Origin: an uncultured Methanosarcinaceae archaeon
GTDB lineage: Archaea; Halobacteriota; Methanosarcinia; Methanosarcinales; Methanosarcinaceae
Reading direction: 5' to 3'
Assembly (NCBI GenBank): GCA_963721455.1
Contig: CAVRJG010000008.1
Coordinates: 34,749-98,748 of the forward strand
Length of the DNA: 64,000 bases
The position numbers and the translations under genes were made by a program. The notes under the pieces were generated by a model. The model had not been told where the DNA came from, searched no databases, and saw nothing but the letters and a program-made list of their open reading frames with translations. This document shows positions 54,847 through 64,000 of this stretch, piece after piece (position 1 is the first letter of the stretch; each line of letters starts with the position of its first letter).

Positions 54847-55692
54847 CCTGTAGTTTCCGTATCCCATGGTAATTTTTCCTTTAACGGGCATCCAGCCCTG
54901 TTGCGGGCCGCTGAGATCGGCGTAGATATATTCATAATACTGGTTCCAGTTCCAGCCGTAGATCCACCACTCGTTCCTGCCTGAGAAATGGACTGTCAGA
55001 GAAACCTGAGCCTCTGGAGAGGTTTCATAGTCGGCATAAACCAGGGAATCATAATTATAAACAGTCGGAGGTTCTTTGTTTTCTGGAGAAGGGAGATCAT
55101 ATGTCGAAAGAGTCAGGTTGTACGCGGGGTTCAGTACGGGCTCGTTTCCGAGAGGAAACTTTGTATTAATTTCCGAATCCGAAGCAAGCTCCCCACGGAA
55201 TTCTAAAGGCATGGCGAACGGCATATTTTCTGATGAATTTACCAGGCTTCCGGTTTCCGGCAGTCCTACTCCCTGAATCTCATCACCCGGTTCTGGACTT
55301 TCAACAGATCCTGCCTCATTCATTTCTTCGGAAGTATCACTTATATCACTTATCGCTACCGGAGGAGAACGCATTTCCGGAACGAATCTATCTGCTCTCA
55401 ATGCAAGCATTTTTCCATTTTCCGTGTCCACCAGGCTTAAATTCCATCCGCCCTCTTCCTGCAGATACCGGCTTACAAGTTCGTTTCCGCTTGCGGACTC
55501 ATTTTCGTAAACCGGCAGGGGAAGGTAGAATGTAACGTTTGTCAATTCAGAGTCTGCCTCAAGAGTTATATCATACTCATAAATACTCTTAAAGTTTTCA
55601 TTATAAAGCTGGTCTGTATGATAGTGTAATAGACCAGCTCCCAGAAAAACAAAAAACAGGACAATCAGGCTAATTTTTATTAATTTACCCAT
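54844..55692 (-). CDS. Membrane-anchored/secreted hypothetical protein
   Basis: N-terminal hydrophobic helix; NVTFYLPLP; Trp-rich C-terminus. Confidence 0.8.
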   Translation of the reverse strand: MGKLIKISLIVLFFVFLGAGLLHYHTDQLYNENFKSIYEYDITLEADSELTNVTFYLPLPVYENESASGNELVSRYLQEEGGWNLSLVDTENGKMLALRADRFVPEMRSPPVAISDISDTSEEMNEAGSVESPEPGDEIQGVGLPETGSLVNSSENMPFAMPLEFRGELASDSEINTKFPLGNEPVLNPAYNLTLSTYDLPSPENKEPPTVYNYDSLVYADYETSPEAQVSLTVHFSGRNEWWIYGWNWNQYYEYIYADLSGPQQGWMPVKGKITMGYGNYR

Positions 55693-55896
55693 AAAAATAC
55701 CTTCTCAAATCGGGTAATTTTTCGGACCCTATCTGGCATAATAAGAGTATATTATCAGCCTCATATTCTATAAAATGTACGTTGGCTTAGAATTTACCTT
55801 ACTCAATATATTTAAATAACAAAAAGCGTTAAATGTACAATGCTAACAGGTATCACGTTAGCTGTTATCAGGATATTCTCTAGGAAGGTGTTGTAG

Positions 55897-56055
55897 ATGT
55901 TAGGAATAGACGATCCGCAAATCTGGCTTGCATATCTTGCTTGTATATTAAGTGCACTCGGATGCATGGTTTATGGGGCATTGAATTGGAGAGAGGAGAA
56001 AGAAGAACAGGCGGTAAAGAGCGGCACTCAGAAACAGGTGACTCAGGACCAGTAA
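55897..56055 (+). CDS. Symporter small accessory protein (52 aa); missed by the ORF track
   Basis: MLGIDDPQIWLAYLACILSALGCMVYGALNW...; GGAAGGTG SD; upstream of an SSS gene. Confidence 0.85.
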   Translation: MLGIDDPQIWLAYLACILSALGCMVYGALNWREEKEEQAVKSGTQKQVTQDQ

Positions 56056-56153
56056 ACGGGTCCGGGATTTACTCTAAAGAGTTCGCTTCAGTCAACCTTT
56101 TTTGATAATGCCTGAGAAAAAACAGTAGTCGAAACTATTCTGGAGTTATTTTT

Positions 56154-57815
56154 ATGGCAGTCAGTACTTCAACTCTGATCCTTTTTGTCGTTGTTTATTT
56201 TGCGGCCACTTTCTACGTTGCCCGGCTGGGGTATAAGAAAAATTCCCAGACAGATGGGTATATGCTTGCAGGCCGACGCGTACACCCGGCAATTATGGCT
56301 CTCTCCTACGGAGCTGCGTTTATCAGCACTTCTGCGATTATAGGGTTCGGAGGAGTAGCCGCTTCCTTAGGAATGGGGCTTATGTGGCTTGTCTTCATGA
56401 ACATCTTTTTCGGGATTTTCATTGCTTTCGTGGTCTTTGGCCCTGGAACCCGGCGCATGGGGCTGAACCTGGGAGCCATAACTTATCCTGAATTTATAGG
56501 AAAGCGCTTCCAGTCCAGGTTCATTCAGGCCTTTTCCGGGCTTCTTGTAGCGGTTTTCATGCCGCTTTACGCTGCAAGCGTGATCATAGGGGCGGGTAGG
56601 TTTCTTGAAACCACACTTGGGATCAACTATAACTTCGCTCTCCTGCTCTTTACTGTTATCATTGCTTTTTATGTGATTAAAGGTGGTCTCCTATCAGTAA
56701 TGTACGTGGATGCCATGCAGGCCACTATTATGTTGATAGGAATGACCTTTCTGCTCGTATTTACCTACAGCAAACTGGGAGGAGTCGTAGAAGCCCACCA
56801 GGCTCTTACTAACATGGCAAACCTTGTTCCTCAGGCTCTTGTTGATCAGGGGCACAGGGGCTGGACTGCAATGCCAGCTTTAAATTCCCCAATCTGGTGG
56901 ACAATGATTTCCACAATCATAATGGGAGTAGGAATAGGAGTACTTGCGCAGCCGCAGCTTGCAGTCAGGTTCATGACTGTAAAAGACGACCGTTCTTTGA
57001 GAAGGGCAGTTGCTGTGGGAGGTCCCTTCCTCCTGATGATGGCAGGAGTCGCATATGTTGTGGGAGCTCTTTCCAACGTATACTTTTACAGGACTACAGG
57101 CATGATTTCCCTTCAGGTTGTCCCGGGCGGAAATACTGACCTCATAATGCCCGCATTCCTGAACCAGGCAATGCCTGAGATGTTTGTGGCAATCTTCATG
57201 CTCAGCCTGCTCTCGGCAGCAATGTCTACTGCAGCTGCCCAGTTCCACACTATGGGTACGGCCATAGGGTACGACTTTTACCAGCAGGGCCTCATGAAAG
57301 GCAAGTCCACTGCAACTACAGTCCATGTTACGAAATTGGGGATTGCCTTTACCATCCTGGTTTCAGTCGTTCTGGCTTACATTCTCCCTGGAAGTATTAT
57401 CGCCAGAGCTACTGCCATGTTCATGGGCCTGTGCACATCCGCCTTCCTGCCCCTCTACATTGGAGCGCTGTTCTGGAAGCGGACAACAAAAGCCGGAGCA
57501 ACCGCGAGTCTTGTTATTGGCTCGATAAGCAGTCTCTTCTGGCTGGTCTTTGTCCATGCAAAAGAAGCAGTGCCCCTTGGAATCTGCCAGGCAATCTTCG
57601 GAAAAGCGACTTTACTTGCCGGGACCTGGCCTCTTGTAGATCCGATTCTGGTCGCAACCCCTCTCTCCTTCCTTGCCCTTATTGTGGTAAGCCTTATGAC
57701 ACCCAAATTCTCGCCAGAGTTCCTGAAGAAGGCTTACAGGCGAAGGTTTGAAGATGAAACGGAAGAAGTATCAGAAACAGCATCAAACAATGCAACGGAT
57801 TCGGCAGGCATTTAA
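56154..57815 (+). CDS. Sodium:solute symporter (SSS family)
   Basis: YMLAGR, GGL.SV...DAMQ, QPQ...RF and LLSAAMST; about 13 TM segments. Confidence 0.93.
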   Translation: MAVSTSTLILFVVVYFAATFYVARLGYKKNSQTDGYMLAGRRVHPAIMALSYGAAFISTSAIIGFGGVAASLGMGLMWLVFMNIFFGIFIAFVVFGPGTRRMGLNLGAITYPEFIGKRFQSRFIQAFSGLLVAVFMPLYAASVIIGAGRFLETTLGINYNFALLLFTVIIAFYVIKGGLLSVMYVDAMQATIMLIGMTFLLVFTYSKLGGVVEAHQALTNMANLVPQALVDQGHRGWTAMPALNSPIWWTMISTIIMGVGIGVLAQPQLAVRFMTVKDDRSLRRAVAVGGPFLLMMAGVAYVVGALSNVYFYRTTGMISLQVVPGGNTDLIMPAFLNQAMPEMFVAIFMLSLLSAAMSTAAAQFHTMGTAIGYDFYQQGLMKGKSTATTVHVTKLGIAFTILVSVVLAYILPGSIIARATAMFMGLCTSAFLPLYIGALFWKRTTKAGATASLVIGSISSLFWLVFVHAKEAVPLGICQAIFGKATLLAGTWPLVDPILVATPLSFLALIVVSLMTPKFSPEFLKKAYRRRFEDETEEVSETASNNATDSAGI

Positions 57816-57945
57816 GCCTGCACCTCTTTTTGCGCGCTTTATTTTTTATTTCTTCTTCCTTTATTTCCTGCTCTTTTTTAAATAAAAAGTATAAGTTTCA
57901 AAGGTTTTCAGTTTGAAACTTCAAAATAGGCACACCGAAAATTTA

Positions 57946-59205
57946 TCAGTTATCTTTTCGGACAGGCAGTGTCTGCCCTCCGTGGGGCATAAGGTGAATC
58001 TTTGCATCAGGATTTTCTGAAAGGACTGCAGATAATGCGTCCTCCAGGCTTGCCATCGGAGTAAAGAATGCAGTTCTTGTTTGTTCGTCCGGGAGCTTTG
58101 ATACCAGGTAAAGCCTGAACTTTTTTGCAACTTTTGCAACTATTGCAGTCTTGTGTCCCCCGAACTCAAAACAATGTTTGAAACGTTCGATTGCATCCTC
58201 AGGGGTCCGACATTCCCGATTCCAGCATTCATAGACCTGGTTTCCTATCCCTTCTGCGCATTCGGCCACAAGGATAATGGAGCCTCCTTCCTTTACGGCC
58301 TGAGTTGCATTGTCAAGAGCCTTGTTTGCCTGGAAAAGGTTGATATCTTTCGGAAAGCCTCCGCAGGAAACTATTACCGCATCTGCGGGTTCCACAGGCA
58401 CCTTGTACATGGAATCCACAACCTCCACTCCTTTCCTGTGGGCCTCGATAAAGTCCCCGGCAACGGCAGCAACGATCTCTTTTTTGCTGTCAAGCACCAC
58501 ATTAACGATAAAATCAAGGCCGGAAATTTTTGCGGCTTCTTCCATGTCCTGCCTGACAGGGCCGTCGACCCTTCCGGAAACAGCCTTTTCCTCTATCATC
58601 ATTTTGTGGTTTGTGAGCACGGCATCCTGCGAACTTACACCAGGAAGCACTGATTTTGCCCCTCCGCTGTATCCTGCGTAATAATGGAATTCGATGCTTC
58701 CCGTCCCTATAATAATATCTGCATCCAGAATACCTTCAAATATTTCTATTGGAGTTCCGCGAGATGTCACACCAATACGTCTGCAACTGCGGGTATCGTG
58801 CTGGATGCATCGGATCTTTTTGTAGATCTCCTCTCCGACCAGTTTTTTGGATTCTTCTTCAGTCTGGTTCCTGTGGAGCCCAAGGGCAAAGACAATTCTT
58901 ATATTCTCGTCCTTTGCCCCTCCAAGATAAAGTTCTTCAAGCAGAGGTGGAAGGATCTTTTCAGTTGGGGTTGGCCTGGTAACATCGCTTACGATAATTG
59001 CAACTCTTGAATCCCGGTTTACAATCTCAGAAAGACGTCTGCTTTTTATGGGGTTTTCAAGCGCTGTTTTAATCAGAAAAGTCGCATCTCCCTTTTTTTC
59101 AGGTTCTGAGGGGAGAATGACGCTGGAGATGTTTCTCTCAGGAATATCCAGCTCAAAAACTCCATTTCCAAAAGCGAGTGGAATCTTTCTCATGTTTGCT
59201 GTCAT
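57946..59205 (-). CDS. larA: Nickel-pincer lactate racemase family protein (LarA homolog 1)
   Basis: SDVTRP, ALGLHR, FHYYAGYSGGAK and DINLFQANK. Confidence 0.88.
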   Translation of the reverse strand: MTANMRKIPLAFGNGVFELDIPERNISSVILPSEPEKKGDATFLIKTALENPIKSRRLSEIVNRDSRVAIIVSDVTRPTPTEKILPPLLEELYLGGAKDENIRIVFALGLHRNQTEEESKKLVGEEIYKKIRCIQHDTRSCRRIGVTSRGTPIEIFEGILDADIIIGTGSIEFHYYAGYSGGAKSVLPGVSSQDAVLTNHKMMIEEKAVSGRVDGPVRQDMEEAAKISGLDFIVNVVLDSKKEIVAAVAGDFIEAHRKGVEVVDSMYKVPVEPADAVIVSCGGFPKDINLFQANKALDNATQAVKEGGSIILVAECAEGIGNQVYECWNRECRTPEDAIERFKHCFEFGGHKTAIVAKVAKKFRLYLVSKLPDEQTRTAFFTPMASLEDALSAVLSENPDAKIHLMPHGGQTLPVRKDN

Positions 59206-59389
59206 GCTCCTGCCGGTATTTTCATCTTGATAATGTAAAATTATAGGGTGAACAACTATAAAATATAACTTTAAAGGCAGTTTAAACCTGCGCTTTAAAT
59301 TTGATATTCAATCATAGACCAGGTGTGCTGGCTTTATACCTTTACTTATTTCGCCTTTCTTACAGGATTCCTGTTTCACGTTCTGCTTT

Positions 59390-60670
59390 TTACAGTTGTT
59401 TATTTTCATGCCTATTTACAGGCAGGGTACACCCTCCATGAGGCATTACATGAACTTTAGCCTCGGGATTTTCGGAAAGGATCGTCTCAAGTGCTTCTTC
59501 TATGCTTTTTGCGGGCGTAAAGAAGGCTTTTTTGCTTTCCGCTTCCGGGAGCTTTGAGACAAGATAAAGTTTGAACTCTTTTGCAGCCTTCCCGACAATA
59601 GCAGCTTTATGGCCACCGAACTCAAAACAATGCTTGAAACGCTCGACTGCGTCGTCAGGGATCTTGCATTCCCTATTCCAGCATTCGTAAACTTTGTTTC
59701 CTATTCCCTCGGCACATTCGGCTACAAGGATGATTGAACCCCCTTCTTTTACGGCAGGGATAGCATGTTCAAGGGATTTTGTTGCCTGGTAAAGGTTGAT
59801 GTCCTTTGGAAACCCCCCACATGAAACAACTACAGCATCCGCAGGCTCTACGGGCACTTTATACATGACGTCAACATATGCCGCGCCTTTCCTGTGCGCT
59901 TCGACAAAATCGCCTGCAACGGCAGCAACTATCTCTTTTTTGCTGTTGATTACGACATTAAGGATAAAGTCAAGGCCCGCAATCCTTGCAGCTTCCTCAA
60001 TGTTTTGTCTTGCCGGACTGCCGGCTTTTCCTGAAAGGGGACTGCCTTCAAAGAGTTTGCTATAAAAGCTATGGAATGAAAGTATGGATTTTTCAGAACT
60101 TACCCCTGGAAGGATGGACTTTCCTCCCCCTCCATAACCCGCATAATAGTGAAATTCCAGTGTCCCTGTGCTTACGACCAGGTCGGAGTCAAGCACTTCT
60201 TCAAAGACCTCCACAGGCGTTCCGAAACTTGTCTCCCCTATAAGCCTGCACCTTTTCCTGTCGTGCTGGATGCACCTTATATTTTCAAAGATTTCTTCCC
60301 CTACAAGCTGTCGGCATTCTTCTTCAGTCTGTAAGCGATGGAGCCCAAGGGCAAATACAATAGTGATATTCTCATTTTTTGCTCCTCCGAGATAAAGCTC
60401 GTCAAGTAGAGGAGGGAGAATTTTTGCAGTAGGAGTTGGTCTCGTAACATCGCTTACGATGATTGCAACCCTTGAATCCGGGTTTACAATCTCGGAAAGC
60501 CTTCTACTTTTTATGGGGTTTTCAAGCGCCTTTTTAATAAGGGAAGCCCCTTCTTCCTTTATTGTAGATTCCGAAGGCAGGATGATACTTGAGACATTTT
60601 TCTCAGGTATACTCAGCTCAGAAATCCCGCTTCCAAAAGCGAGTGGAATCGTTTTTACATTGGTAGTCAT
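59390..60670 (-). CDS. larA: LarA homolog 2 (tandem paralog)
   Basis: SDVTRP, ALGLHR, FHYYAGYGGGGK and DINLYQATK. Confidence 0.88.
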   Translation of the reverse strand: MTTNVKTIPLAFGSGISELSIPEKNVSSIILPSESTIKEEGASLIKKALENPIKSRRLSEIVNPDSRVAIIVSDVTRPTPTAKILPPLLDELYLGGAKNENITIVFALGLHRLQTEEECRQLVGEEIFENIRCIQHDRKRCRLIGETSFGTPVEVFEEVLDSDLVVSTGTLEFHYYAGYGGGGKSILPGVSSEKSILSFHSFYSKLFEGSPLSGKAGSPARQNIEEAARIAGLDFILNVVINSKKEIVAAVAGDFVEAHRKGAAYVDVMYKVPVEPADAVVVSCGGFPKDINLYQATKSLEHAIPAVKEGGSIILVAECAEGIGNKVYECWNRECKIPDDAVERFKHCFEFGGHKAAIVGKAAKEFKLYLVSKLPEAESKKAFFTPAKSIEEALETILSENPEAKVHVMPHGGCTLPVNRHENKQL

Positions 60671-61242
60671 GCTTATTCCGATGTTTTCGTATTAATGCTA
60701 TAAAATCGTATAGGTAAACAATAGAAATCAAACTTTAAAAAGAATTCGGATCTGTGGTTAATCTGACTTTCTTATTATACTTTGTTTTTTATATTATATT
60801 TGATTTCCGCATATTTTTTCCTGAGGTTTCTACGAAGTTTCCGTCAACAACTGCAATGATTTATTTCCTGCCATTAATTTACATGCTATTTTAAAAAACC
60901 ACCTGGATAGGGAATTCGTTTATTTCTGACACTACCGAACATTCTGTTTACATGTATCATTTAATTTTAAGACAGCCTCTAGGTAAAAAAATCAGTCCCA
61001 ACCATTTTTCTCCAAAATATACAATTGCCATGTGCCATAAAGTCGAATGTTTCCGTAATTGGGAAGATCCTGTCTTCTATAAAGAGACCGTTTTTCATAA
61101 ATGAAATTTTGAAGCGAATTAGGCTGAAGCTTTGAAGCTATTACCCCTATATTTGACCCAAGTTTAAATATAAAGAATATATAATAATGTAAAGATAAAT
61201 CCAACTTTCGCAGATGTACACAAATGCTATCTATTATCTCAA

Positions 61243-61308
61243 TACAGCAGTAATTTAAAAATTAATCCATCTTTTACAGCAGTAATTTAAAAATTAATCC
61301 ATCTTTTA
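61243..61308. repeat. 32-bp perfect tandem duplication
   Basis: TACAGCAGTAATTTAAAAATTAATCCATCTTT twice. Confidence 0.85.
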
Positions 61309-61399
61309 ATGGATAAATAATGATAAATTCTGGAAAATTAGAGTTCAGCTTATTACATTCATCTGTCTGTGTGAAGGGAACAGTAATGATGTTTAAGAG

Positions 61400-63514
61400 A
61401 TGAAAATGACCGACTCGGATAAACGTAGAAAACAAGCAGTGTGCATTGCATCACTACTCTGCCTACTCAGTTTTTTGCTACTGGTATATGTCGGATATGA
61501 TTACAAAAGCAGCAAGACAAATGAAGTAATTATGGAAAAGGCAAAGGAAGATGCGCTCCAAAAAGCTGATTCTGCTATAAAGAGAGTTAACGATAGAGTA
61601 AATTCTTCGAACTCCCTTGCCGAAGGACTTGCAAAGGATCTAAGTTCCGGGAAATTGAACGACGATTCCATGCTAAGGGAGCGCATTCTGACTGAAATGA
61701 AGAACAATTCCAATATTTATAGCATCACCGTTGCATATTCCCCTGCTGCCCGTGCTGGGAATCTTTATGCACCTCACTTCATGAGAAACGGTTCGGAGAT
61801 CGTGTACGCTCCGATCACATATCGCTACACAAAGGACGGTGAACAAACTGCATGGTACAATGATGCCATGAAAAAAGGATCCACAGTATGGAATTCTCCT
61901 TATTTCGGGATTGCAGACTCCAAGTATGAGATAGACTGTTCGACTCCTTTTTATCTTCCAGAATACGGCAACGGACACAAAGCTGCAGGAGTAGTAAGTA
62001 TAGGTCAATCTCTGGAAGGAGTAAGGGCGCAGGTAGCGAGACTTAATCTGGGAAATACGGGTTATGGTTACATCATTTCCGGAAAAGGGGTGATTATTTC
62101 TTATCCTGTCCAGGAGTACCTGGCCGGAAATATTCACGACCTTGCAAAAAAAGATCCCAATATTTACTTTATAAGTAAGCACATGACAGAGAGAGAGTAC
62201 CGGGCGACAAATTCCTTTACAGGGAAATCCTACTGGGTATTTCAAAGAAATATACCTTCTACGGACTGGACCCTGGGTCTTGTCCTTCCTCAGGAAGAAA
62301 CTCTGATAAGCAGAAAAACGGAGCAGACACATTCCATTATTCAGGTCGTGTTCGCAACTTTTGCATTTTTATTCTCTCTGTGCCTGCTGTTTGTATCCAT
62401 CTACAGGTATAACCATAGAGGGCTCTGGGCGCTCTCGTTTATTTTTGCATTCCTTTGTATCCTTGGAATAGGCTTTATCTGGAACCTTGCTATGAATAGC
62501 TCCACTCTTGATGACAGAAACGGTGACCTTGTTGTTTTCGACAGGGAAGATGTTGAAACTGTGTTTCAACATGCCAACCTGAGTCCGACAACTCCCAGAA
62601 TTCCTACTGGATTTTTTCTCCAGTCCATTGAGTTTTTGAATGCTTATGATGTCGAAATAACCGGATATATCTGGCAAAATATTTCAGCTCCTGGAGCGGA
62701 TAAAGATTCTCCTGACTTTATTTTTCCGGATTCAAAAGAAACAACAATTGAAAAAGCTTATGTAAATGAGGAAAAAGGTGTTATAGGCTGGCGTTTTAAG
62801 ACTACTCTACCCCAGCAGTTTGATTATTCAAGATACCCTTTTGTCAGGGAAGATGTATCGATCAGAGTATTGAGTAACAATTCTGCAGGAGGCCTCTTGA
62901 TTCCGGACTTTGATTCCTACCACAGCTTGATTCCTGAAACCCTTCCCGGTTTGGGAAGTTCGTTTGTGCTCGAAGGCTGGAAGCCGCAAAAAACCTTTTT
63001 CAGTTATAGGGTAAATTCTTATAACACCAATTTCGGGGCAGGGAATTTTACAAATTCCAGTGTGTCCGAATTTCACTTCAACGTCGATATCAAAAGGGAC
63101 TTTAAAGCCTCCTCTGCTTCCGAACTTCTACTCATAATGGTAGCAGTCATTCTTCTTTATTCAGTACTTACTATAACGACCAAGGGTGAAAACAGAAGTC
63201 AGTTCGGATTCAGTTCACAAGGAGTCCTGGGCTACTGCACCTCCATCCTTTTTACTCTTATCATTGCCCACTCTTCCCTCAGGTCTAGAATTCCCATCGG
63301 CGGTATCATCTACCTTGAGTATTTCTACTTTGTATTGTATCTTGCGATCCTGGTTGTTTCCCTGAATGCAATAGCTTTTGCGTCAAATCGGGATATCCCC
63401 TTTATTGATGCAAAAGACAACATTTACGTGAAGGTACTTTACTGGCCTGTCATCACGGGGATTCTGCTGGTCATCACGCTCTTAAGTTTTGGCAGTGTGC
63501 CGATTTTTCTGTAA
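61400..63514 (+). CDS. Cache-domain-fused pentameric ligand-gated ion channel-like protein
   Basis: TM, dCache region (WY...W.SPYF; GYGYII...G.IISYP), two TM helices, beta domain with FDYSRYPFV Pro-loop and GW, then four TM helices. Confidence 0.75.
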   Translation: MKMTDSDKRRKQAVCIASLLCLLSFLLLVYVGYDYKSSKTNEVIMEKAKEDALQKADSAIKRVNDRVNSSNSLAEGLAKDLSSGKLNDDSMLRERILTEMKNNSNIYSITVAYSPAARAGNLYAPHFMRNGSEIVYAPITYRYTKDGEQTAWYNDAMKKGSTVWNSPYFGIADSKYEIDCSTPFYLPEYGNGHKAAGVVSIGQSLEGVRAQVARLNLGNTGYGYIISGKGVIISYPVQEYLAGNIHDLAKKDPNIYFISKHMTEREYRATNSFTGKSYWVFQRNIPSTDWTLGLVLPQEETLISRKTEQTHSIIQVVFATFAFLFSLCLLFVSIYRYNHRGLWALSFIFAFLCILGIGFIWNLAMNSSTLDDRNGDLVVFDREDVETVFQHANLSPTTPRIPTGFFLQSIEFLNAYDVEITGYIWQNISAPGADKDSPDFIFPDSKETTIEKAYVNEEKGVIGWRFKTTLPQQFDYSRYPFVREDVSIRVLSNNSAGGLLIPDFDSYHSLIPETLPGLGSSFVLEGWKPQKTFFSYRVNSYNTNFGAGNFTNSSVSEFHFNVDIKRDFKASSASELLLIMVAVILLYSVLTITTKGENRSQFGFSSQGVLGYCTSILFTLIIAHSSLRSRIPIGGIIYLEYFYFVLYLAILVVSLNAIAFASNRDIPFIDAKDNIYVKVLYWPVITGILLVITLLSFGSVPIFL

Positions 63515-64000
63515 AATCATAAATCTCAAAAAGTTGGTAGTTTGAAAATTCAATATTGAGAGAACGGAATTGTACTCAGTACAAAAAAAATAAACCTTGA
63601 ATTTACAGCAAATTTGCGACACTGCCCAAGTTTTATTTATAGGTTGAGAACTACGTGGGATCACTGTTAAACGGACACCTATTTTTGAGAATTCTAAGCA
63701 CCGAGTTTAATTCGTTATCCATATATTTACATGCTTATTCTGAAATTTTTGCAACGGACTCCGTAATTCTGAGTTTTGGGACGAGCTCGTAATATACACT
63801 TTTTTACTTCTCAAAGCGTTGAGCCCTAAAAAGTAAATATTTCCTGCACTGAATTATAATCACTGACTATAGTTAAAGTCACTACAAACCTGCAGACCAA
63901 TGCTAATCTATTTAAAAAACACTCAGACGACGTAAGTACCGGAAAGAGCCTTTTCGGTGCTTCATGAAGAGGCAAGAAAAGCGAATTTGGCTTGGGGGAT

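Noticed and set aside
55842-55867. GCTAAC-N9-GTTAGC palindrome upstream of the symporter operon
   Set aside because: Six-bp arms can arise by chance; no second copy found and no known operator matched.

Overview
Archaeal chromosome segment whose gene content and GGGGTGA-type Shine-Dalgarno sites fit Methanosarcina (inferred). Core genes include EF-1beta, tRNA-Ala(CGC), thiI, engB, lig, hom, argH and gatD. Accessory material comprises: a PAS/GAF histidine kinase with two receiver proteins; a copper cluster (copA, three CopZ-like proteins, Met/His-rich exported proteins); an AT-rich, translationally coupled three-gene operon (TM protein, TIR/NDT-like enzyme, TPR protein with near-identical 120-bp repeats) beside an IS1634-like remnant, which is the best candidate for an undescribed defence or signalling system; two 148-bp MITE-like copies bracketing an aminotransferase; an ORF-less group II intron with intact EBS/IBS pairing and a vacant target site 2.8 kb away; tandem larA paralogs; and a Cache-domain pentameric ligand-gated channel-like gene. 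Several frameshifts fall in repeats or homopolymers, so assembly error is a real caveat. All family assignments come from motif recognition, not database searches.
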